This document shows positions 10,656 through 18,015 of a stretch of 64,000 nucleotides of DNA, piece by piece. Every line of letters starts with the position of its first letter. Positions within the stretch are counted from its first letter, which is position 1. Source of the DNA: an uncultured Chloroflexia bacterium (GTDB lineage: Bacteria; Chloroflexota; Anaerolineae; CG2-30-64-16). The notes beneath the pieces are model-generated. The model made no database searches and was not told where the DNA came from. It saw only the letters and a program-made list of their open reading frames with translations. Both the position numbers and the translations under genes were made by a program. Location: assembly GCA_963810095.1 (NCBI GenBank), contig CAWEMM010000002.1:256001-320000 (forward strand), written 5' to 3'.

Positions 10656-11589
10656 CGGTGGCGCGGGGCTTGGCGGAGCGGCGCTTCCGGGCGATGAACA
10701 CGGACGTAGCCGCATGGCTGTGGGCCGAGCCCGGGCCGTCCGACATTTGGCTCCCGGAAGTGGAGGCGTTCTTCGCCGAGGTCGAAGCAGAGCTGAGCCG
10801 GTTTCGCCCCGATTCGGGGTTGAGTCGTCTCAACGCTTCGGCGGGGCTAGGGCCGCAGAAGGTCTCCGCGCTGCTGGCAGAGGTGCTCGGGCTTGCGCTG
10901 GACGCGCAACAGCACACCAATGGGATTTTCGATCCCGCAATCCTGGCCGCACTTGTCGCGGCAGGTTACGATCGGAGCTTTGAGTTGCTGGGTGTGAGCG
11001 ATGCGCACGACCTTTCCGCCGCCGGGCGTCTTGGCGGGGCCCCTCTATCGAGGTCGGGCATCGAGTTGAATCGCGTGCAGGGCACGGTGACACTGCCTCA
11101 GGGTGTGCAGATCGATCTGGGCGGCATCGCCAAGGGTTGGACCGTGGATCGTGCCGCGACGTTGCTGGGCGCGTGGGGGCCCGCCCTGGTCGATGCCGGC
11201 GGCGATATCCGCAGCACCGCGGCGCCGGGAGGCGAGCCGTGGCCGGTCGCAGTAGAGAACCCCTTGCGACCTGACGAGGACCTGGCAGTCGTGCATCTCG
11301 ACGGCAACGCGGTCGCCACCAGCAGCGTGATGCGGCGCAACTGGACCGCGGGGGGCAGGAAATGCACCACCTGATTGATCCGCGGACGGGCCGGCCCAGC
11401 GAGAGTGAACTGGCGAGCGTGACGGTGCTGGCGCCGACGACGATGAAGGCTGAACTGACGGCAAAGGTGGCGCTGATAGTGGGGCGTGACGAGGGACGGG
11501 CGTTTATCGAGCGTGAAGGATTGGACGCGCTGTTTGTGAGCAGGGACGGGCGCGTCGACAAGGTGGGGAGGAAACAGACATGGCAGTAG
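10652..11589 (+). CDS. apbE: FAD:protein FMN transferase (frameshift ~11360)
   Basis: FRAMNT, LSRFRPDS, FDP, IDLGGIAKGW, DAGGDI, VATS; HHLIDPRTGRP continues in ORF 11362..11589. Confidence 0.93.
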
Positions 11590-12275
11590 CGGAGAAGGGT
11601 TCGGGTGGCATTCCGGCGGTGGACCCGTGGAGCATCGTCCTCGGCGGGCTGGTGACGTTCGGCCTGGCCGCGGCCGGGTTCATTCTGGGGGTCGGGTCGG
11701 CGGGGCGGGCAGGCGAGACCCAGTCATTCTGGTATCTGAGCCGCTCGGCCGGCTTCGTCGCCTACCTGCTCCTTTGGGGCTCGGTGGTGTGGGGCTTGCT
11801 GCTCAGCGCCAAGCCGGGCGGCCGGCTGCGCACCCGGCTGCAGGCGCCGGGGCTCTTCGACGCCCACCAGTTCCTGAGCAATGCTGCGCTGGGCTTCGCG
11901 TTCTTCCATGCGTTGGTCCTCATCGGAGATCGCTACGCCAGCTTCCCGCTCTCTGCCATTCTGGCGCCCTTCGCCGGGACCTATAAACCGGCCCTCGTCG
12001 CGCTGGGCCAGATCGCACTTTGGCTGTCGCTCTTCCTCAGCCTGAGCTGGGTCGTGCGCAGGCAGATTGGGCAGAAGCGCTGGCGAGCCTTCCACTATGT
12101 CAGCTTCCTGGTCTACTGGATCGCGCTCCTGCACTCGGTTGCGATGGGCAGCGACACGAAGCTGTTGTGGGCGAAGTGGCTGTACATCGGGACGGCGGCG
12201 GCAGTGGTGTTCCTAACGGGGTACCGGGTGATTCGCACCGGCAAGGACGCTCGAGCGATCCAAACGACCTCATAG
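11580..12275 (+). CDS. Ferric-reductase-like (MsrQ-like) heme b membrane protein
   Basis: ~6 TM; WYLSRSAG; His pairs DAHQFL...FFHAL and WRAFHY...LLHS. Confidence 0.88.
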   Translation: MAVAEKGSGGIPAVDPWSIVLGGLVTFGLAAAGFILGVGSAGRAGETQSFWYLSRSAGFVAYLLLWGSVVWGLLLSAKPGGRLRTRLQAPGLFDAHQFLSNAALGFAFFHALVLIGDRYASFPLSAILAPFAGTYKPALVALGQIALWLSLFLSLSWVVRRQIGQKRWRAFHYVSFLVYWIALLHSVAMGSDTKLLWAKWLYIGTAAAVVFLTGYRVIRTGKDARAIQTTS

Positions 12276-12304
12276 ACCGGTCGAACTGGGATCTGCCGGC
12301 AACA

Positions 12305-12358
12305 GACCTCCCAGATCTCACCGTCGGCCACGCTGACGTCGAGTTGGGAGGTCTTTTT
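12305..12358. terminator. Hairpin between convergent genes (possible terminator)
   Basis: agacctccca ... tgggaggtct followed by tttt. Confidence 0.5.
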
Positions 12359-13948
12359 CTATCTGAGCAGGAGCGGCAGGTAGCGCCCGCAGTTTCCGGC
12401 CGGTGCTCCCGAGGACTTCAAACGCGCCGATGTCGCAGGCCGGCCCCTGCGGCCGCGCCGTGCCGCTTGGTCGGCTGGCGGGCAGCCTGCAGATCCGGCC
12501 GCGTCCATGGCAGGGCTGGTTGCGGCCCAGCGGCATGGGTCAAAGTCGGCCCGCCGTTGGCCGCCAGCCTCTCCAGCCCGCTGCTTGTATTGACGAGGTC
12601 GCCCGGCCCCGTGAGCCCGCAGCTGTTGCCCGTCTCCAGATTGTGGCCCAGCGAGGTAACCGTCCCTCCGCTGTTCGTGCAGTTGCCTGCAACGCCGTCG
12701 ATCAGCGTGGCCTTCAGCGAGAGCAAAGCCGTGTCGTTGAATAGCTGCGCACCGGTGCCCGGCCCGCTTGCGCTGTTGTCGGCAAAAGTGACGTATTCGA
12801 GCACCGCCGACGCACGGTTGTACAACCCTCCGCCGTCGTCGCTTGCGCGGTTGCCCGAGAACGTGTCATTGGCCAGGCGGAGGTTGCCGCTCGCGTGGTC
12901 GAGCCCGCCGCCGGTGCGCGCCGAGTTGCCCGCAAGCAGGCTGGCCGCGAGCCCCAAGGCCCCGTTGTTGTAGATAGCACCGCCCGCGCCGGTTGCGACG
13001 TTGCCCGCGAACGTCGTCGTGATCACCGATGCGAGCGCGCCGGTGCCCATGTTCGACAGCCCCGCACCCTGTTCCGCATGGTTGCCGGCCAGGGTCGAGA
13101 GGCTAAGGTCGAGCGACGTGAGGACCGCGCCCGCATTCAGGATGCCGCTTCCGCCATTATCCCGGATTTGCAGGCGCGTGAGGGTCGCCCTGGAGCCTTC
13201 GTTCGCCACACCGCCGGCCGCATTGTTGCGCACCGCACCCCCATCGTAGCTCAGGGTCGCCAGGTTGCGGCTGAGGATGCCAAAGCCGCCGGTATTGTCC
13301 GCAACCTTCACGTCCACCAGCGTTGCGGCGCCGCCATCGATCAGCAGGCCGCCCCCCGCGTTCCCGTCAAATGAGCTTCCCGTCGCGTGCAGTTGGCCCA
13401 AGACGACGGCGCCGCCTCCGATGTTTGCGGTGACCGCGACATTGGTGAGTGTCAGAGCAGCCGTCGGTCGCACCAGTACGCCGCCGCCCGCGTCTGGGCT
13501 CGCCGCACCCCCGCGCACGCCTGCGCCCGCGAGGGTCAGCCGAGCGCCGGGCCGCGCGTCAAACGCCCGGTCGCCGTACGCGCCGTCCACGACAATCAGG
13601 GCGGGGCCATCCCCGCTGATGGTCAATCCCCCCAGCACATCCAGGTCACCGGTCTGCGACGCGTCCTCGCCGGGCCCGGTGCGGTCGAGCACGAAGGTTG
13701 CCGGCCGAGGGATGGCCGGGCTGAATCCGATCACGTCGGCCCCGCTGCCCGCCGGGCAATCAAAGGTCGCCTGGTCGGTGTTCGCCGCAATGACGGCCTC
13801 GCGCAACGAGCACGCGCCGTCCGCGGCGATCGAATCGGTAGTCGTCGTCACGGTAATCCCCGCCGCAGCCGCACCGCTGGCCGCGCTCGAGGGCGAAAAC
13901 CAGGGCCAGCAAGATCGGAAATACGCCGAGTGAGGGGTTTCGGGTCAT
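12359..13948 (-). CDS. CSLREA-domain beta-helix surface protein with choice-of-anchor-Q-like end (frameshifted)
   Basis: Signal peptide from ATG 13948; ITVTTTTD...GACSLREA; GGG/N-rich parallel beta-helix repeats; NGGPTLTHA, RPQGPACDIGAFE; terminal YLPLLLR*. Confidence 0.85.
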
Positions 13949-13980
13949 CTGCCTTCTCTCTGACAGCCCGCCGGAGAGTA

Positions 13981-14011
13981 GAGCCGAGGCACCCACAGGG
14001 CGCCTCGGCTC
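13981..14011. terminator. Hairpin downstream of the S8 protease gene
   Basis: gagccgaggc ... gcctcggctc, 10-bp arms. Confidence 0.5.
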
Positions 14012-14043
14012 TGACGCGATTTGCCGTCGTTGCTCACGGCGAG

Positions 14044-15987
14044 TTAGGGTTTCGCGACGGTGATCGTCGTACCGTTGCTGTCGCCGTCGGGATCATGGTT
14101 CGCGCCGGCCTGGTAGGCCGAGCCGCTCAGGTTGATGCCCGACACGCTGAACGCGACGGTGGTCGTTCGCTTCGCAAGCGTTCCGGTCGAGACCGCGCAG
14201 CGTCCGGTTAAATCGGTCGTGCAGGTGGTCGTCCCGCTCGCGCCCGACCAACTGCCGCTCACCCTGGCCCCGGAAACCGGCACGTGGCTTCCGCCGTGCA
14301 CCTCGATGCTCACTTTCGCCGTCCAACTGCTGCTGCCGGTCGTCGTGCTGCGATCGAGGTCGCCCGCGTGAACCGAGGGCGAGCCGGCCGGGGTGGTTGT
14401 CGGCGTCGCAGTACTTGCCGCTGTCGGCGTAGCCGTGCGGGTGGCCGTGGGCGTCGCTGTCGGCATGGCGGTTGCCGTGGCCGTAGGCGTCGTCAATGCT
14501 GCGGTAGCCGTGGCGGTAGGCACCGGCGTGTCGGTAGGCGCGGCGGTTGCAGTCGCGGTCGGAGCAGGCGTATCGGTCGGGAGGGTCGCGGGCGTCGGGC
14601 CGGGCGTGGGCGTGGCGCCCGCCTGCAGCCACCGGTACGCCGCCAGGGCGTCGATGCGCCCCGCGCCAAAGGTGTTGTCGGGCCCTGCCGCGCCGAGATC
14701 GACTGCGGACTGGATCAGCGCGGCGGCCTGCTGGTCGGCGGTGAGGTCGGGGTAGGCGCTGAGCAGCAGCGCCAGCACGCCGGCCGCATGGGGGGCCGAC
14801 AGCGACGTGCCACTGGCCGGCGTGTAATTTCCCAGCAGGTCCGCGGTGCGCACGTTCACGCCGGGCGCGACGACTTCGGGGTAGGTCACCGACGCTTCGC
14901 CGCACGCGGACGGTCCCCGGCTGCTCGCGGCGTAGATCAAGTCGCTGTTGTTGGCGGCGCCAACCGCAAACGCCTCCGGGTAGTTGGCCGGGCTCACGCT
15001 GGTGGAGCCGTAAGGCCCGTAGTTCCCCGCTGCAAACACGGGCAGGATGCCCGCCGCTCGCAGCGCTCGCAAATCGGGTTGGAAGGCCAGGTTGCAGCCG
15101 ACGCTCCCGTAAGCCCACGAGTTGTTCACGATGTCCGCGCCATCCGCAGTCGTGGGGTCGTCGTCCGGGTCGAGCACCCACTGGAGCGCCAGGTGGATGG
15201 CGGTGGCGGTGGCCGAACCGGCGTCGTTGAAGATTTTGGCGGCAATCCACTGCGCGTCGGGCGCGACGCCGATTGACGTGCCGCCCGCGTCACCCCCGAC
15301 TAGGATGCCCATCGTCCACGTGCCATGCCCGGTCTTGTCGTACGGCGTCGTGGCGTGCTGGCCGTACGGGTCGTACCAACTACTACTGCCGCCGCGCCAG
15401 CGACCGCTGAGGTCGGGGTGGGTTGCGTCCACACCGCTGTCCAGCGCCGCGACGACGATCCCCTGCCCGCGCACGTTCGCGTCCCACAGGCTCGGCGCGT
15501 GGATGAGGTTCACGTTGGCTTCGGGTGGCGCGTAAGCCGGCGCGGCCGCCGGCACGACGTCGATCGCGTCGGGGGTGATGGATACGACTTCGGGCCGCTC
15601 GGCCAACTGCCGGATGATGCCCGGTCTAGCCGTCACCGAGAGCCCGTTCTGCAGCCAGAATGGCACGACCGTCGACACTGAACCGTCGGCTTGGCGCTGG
15701 GTGAGCCACGCGCGCAGCGGCGCCTGGCTTCGCTCGGCGGCCTGGCGCAGTCGTTCGACGACTACCAACTGCCGGTCTTTGCGGCTTAAGCCGGGCGCCG
15801 GCGCGAGATCGGTCTGCTGCACCAGCGTCACGATCGCCGTGACCTGCGCGTCCGGCGCAGCAGCATCGAGCGCCGCCTGCAGCGCCGGGTCGATTTTAGC
15901 CCCGTCTGCCCGGCCGGCGCCTGCAGAGCCGGGCAGCAGAAGCACGAGAACGAGCAACACCGCGCTTACGCCTGCTTTTTTCATCAT
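14044..15987 (-). CDS. Secreted S8 (subtilisin-like) serine protease with propeptide, Pro/Thr linker and C-terminal beta domain
   Basis: Catalytic triad LDSG / GHGTW / SGTSLSAPH; AAGN oxyanion motif; long PT/AT linker. Confidence 0.95.
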   Translation of the reverse strand: MMKKAGVSAVLLVLVLLLPGSAGAGRADGAKIDPALQAALDAAAPDAQVTAIVTLVQQTDLAPAPGLSRKDRQLVVVERLRQAAERSQAPLRAWLTQRQADGSVSTVVPFWLQNGLSVTARPGIIRQLAERPEVVSITPDAIDVVPAAAPAYAPPEANVNLIHAPSLWDANVRGQGIVVAALDSGVDATHPDLSGRWRGGSSSWYDPYGQHATTPYDKTGHGTWTMGILVGGDAGGTSIGVAPDAQWIAAKIFNDAGSATATAIHLALQWVLDPDDDPTTADGADIVNNSWAYGSVGCNLAFQPDLRALRAAGILPVFAAGNYGPYGSTSVSPANYPEAFAVGAANNSDLIYAASSRGPSACGEASVTYPEVVAPGVNVRTADLLGNYTPASGTSLSAPHAAGVLALLLSAYPDLTADQQAAALIQSAVDLGAAGPDNTFGAGRIDALAAYRWLQAGATPTPGPTPATLPTDTPAPTATATAAPTDTPVPTATATAALTTPTATATAMPTATPTATRTATPTAASTATPTTTPAGSPSVHAGDLDRSTTTGSSSWTAKVSIEVHGGSHVPVSGARVSGSWSGASGTTTCTTDLTGRCAVSTGTLAKRTTTVAFSVSGINLSGSAYQAGANHDPDGDSNGTTITVAKP

Positions 15988-16056
15988 CTGGCGATTCTCC
16001 TGTCATTACGGTTCAATCCGGCGGCGCCTCGACCAACTGCTGCCGGGGCCGGGGGT

Positions 16057-16464
16057 TTACTTGACCACGAGCGTCCCGGTCATGCCCGCTTCAAGGTGCG
16101 CCGGCGTTCCGCAGACAACCGTGTAGGTCCCCGCCTCGGCCGGTGCGGCAAACTCCTCGGTCTTCGATTGTCCCGGTGCGGCTTCGATCTCCCAGAATAC
16201 TTTGGCTTCATCGTCATCGTCGAAGGGCGCGGTGACCTGTTCGCCCTGCTTGATGATCACCCACTCGTGCTCCAACTTGCCGTCGTTCTTGAGCGTCAGG
16301 GACACCGGCTGGCCCTTGTCCACCGTCCACGACGTCGGCGCGAACTTGAAGTCTGTCGTGGTTACGCTGATGGCGCTATTCTTTGCAGCGGCTCCCGCGC
16401 CGCATCCCACAAGGCTGACTGCCGCCGCAAGGACGACCAGCGCGGATGAAAGTCTCTTCAACAT
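16057..16464 (-). CDS. Blue (type 1) copper cupredoxin lipoprotein (auracyanin/plastocyanin-like)
   Basis: Lipobox LVGC; ligands EHEW and CGTPAHLEAGM (His, Cys, His, Met). Confidence 0.92.
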   Translation of the reverse strand: MLKRLSSALVVLAAAVSLVGCGAGAAAKNSAISVTTTDFKFAPTSWTVDKGQPVSLTLKNDGKLEHEWVIIKQGEQVTAPFDDDDEAKVFWEIEAAPGQSKTEEFAAPAEAGTYTVVCGTPAHLEAGMTGTLVVK

Positions 16465-16544
16465 GAGTCAACTCCTTCTGATTAGGCGAGGGCCGCGGCG
16501 ACTCGGCGGTGCGGCCTGGGGGCACGTCAGAGTCGCAGCTCGCC

Positions 16545-17387
16545 TCATTGCACCGTCGTGGGCGGCAGGCGCAGCTCGCCGAACTGCAGGGCGACAGGCA
16601 TACCCGCGCGCACCACCTGGTCGGGGTTCGGATAGAACGCGTAGTAGGTGGCGCCGTTCTTCAGCTTACGCGCGTGCATGTGCTGGTTGGGTGGTGTGAG
16701 CACCGTCTTGCCGCCATCGACGATGATAACCGGCATCATCTCGTGGTTCGAGAGCAACGCCTCGGCCTTCGCTTTGTCCACCACCCGGAGTCGGATGTCG
16801 ACGATGCTGTCCATCATCGAAGGGGCCACCTGCAGCACCTCGACCCCGTACTGCTCGGCAAACGCCTGGACCGAAATGGGCTTGGCATTTTCCAGGGCCT
16901 CATGCGCCGGCTCGTGCCCTCCGCCCGCGGGCGCAAGCGCACCCCAGCCAAAGCCGGCCAGGCCAAAAGCAAGGACAAACCCGAGGGCCGCGCCCATCAC
17001 CAGCCGGGGATCCCAGCGCTTGGCCGGCCCGACCGACCGCCAGGGCTGGGCAGCCGCGAACAGAGCGACGAAGGCGCCCTCCAGCAGCATCGCCAGAAGT
17101 CCAACCGGGTACAGCCACTCTTCCACTTCCATGCCGGGGAGGCCCACCGTCCGCGTCACCACGTAGCCGGCGAGTGCGCCGGCCGCGACCCAGAAGCCCA
17201 GCACCCAGCCCCAGGTCGCGCCCCGGCGGATGCCGACCGCAGCCGCCAGGGCGGCGACGAAGTTGGCGACGAACAGGTAACCCAGGAGCGGCATTTCCTC
17301 GTACTCTGAGGGCGCCAGGAACAGGTGCAGTACCCCGATCAGTATGAGCAGGCCAATGCCCAGCCATTTCAGCTTTCGTGAGGTCAT
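16545..17387 (-). CDS. Membrane protein (~5 TM) with His/Met-rich extracellular domain
   Basis: Hydrophobic N-terminal half; C-terminal domain QYGVEV...VDIRLRVVDKAKA...YPNP is paralogous to 17421..17876; HEPAHE, NHEMM, QHMH. Confidence 0.78.
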   Translation of the reverse strand: MTSRKLKWLGIGLLILIGVLHLFLAPSEYEEMPLLGYLFVANFVAALAAAVGIRRGATWGWVLGFWVAAGALAGYVVTRTVGLPGMEVEEWLYPVGLLAMLLEGAFVALFAAAQPWRSVGPAKRWDPRLVMGAALGFVLAFGLAGFGWGALAPAGGGHEPAHEALENAKPISVQAFAEQYGVEVLQVAPSMMDSIVDIRLRVVDKAKAEALLSNHEMMPVIIVDGGKTVLTPPNQHMHARKLKNGATYYAFYPNPDQVVRAGMPVALQFGELRLPPTTVQ

Positions 17388-17420
17388 GTTGTCAATCCTT
17401 GCTATCTTGTCTCAGCCGGT

Positions 17421-17876
17421 TCATTGGACCGGCAGCGGCTGCAAGCTGATGTCTCCGAAGGTCACGGCCACTTTCGTGCCGCGCTTAACGGCGTTCCCGC
17501 TGTTGGGGAACAGGCGGAAAAGGAGCTTCCCGTCCTCCGGCTTCTCCTGCGGCAAACCATCGTCCGGCGCGCGCAGCACCACTGCGGACCCGCTAACCCC
17601 CAGCGCGGGGGATAGGTTGCCCAGCAGCGCTGCGGCCTTCGCCGCGTCCGTCACTGTCAGGCGCAGGTCGACCATGCCGCCGGCCGCAGTGAGGGCCAGC
17701 AGGTTGACCCGCAGACCGTATTGCGCCTCCAACTGCTCGGCCGTGAGGGTCGTGCGAGCGGCGGGAGGTGGTGCGGCCGAAGCCGCGTTCGCCGCGCAAC
17801 CCCCCATCAGGGCTGCAACCAGCAGCAGGGATATGATGACGCCCGCCAGCCCGATCCGGCGCCTGTTTTCAACCAC
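17421..17876 (-). CDS. Lipoprotein of unknown function, MCO-cluster accessory
   Basis: Lipobox MGGC; QYGLRV...GGMVDLRLTVTDAAKA...FPNSG.VKRG.KV.V.FGD. Confidence 0.78.
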   Translation of the reverse strand: MVENRRRIGLAGVIISLLLVAALMGGCAANAASAAPPPAARTTLTAEQLEAQYGLRVNLLALTAAGGMVDLRLTVTDAAKAAALLGNLSPALGVSGSAVVLRAPDDGLPQEKPEDGKLLFRLFPNSGNAVKRGTKVAVTFGDISLQPLPVQ

Positions 17877-18015
17877 GTTGCACTCCTTTGACGGGCCCCG
17901 AGGGACCCAGCCCTCTGTCGCCGTAACGCCTGTCGTTTAGGATGCGAGGATGCCGCTCGGTGTACAATGACGACCCTGGGTCGCAGCCTGCACCGAGCGG
18001 CACGCGCTATCTCCC

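Noticed and set aside
14380-14620. Repeat array or CRISPR-like periodicity
   Set aside because: It encodes the Pro/Thr/Ala linker of the S8 protease; there are no identical repeats with unique spacers.
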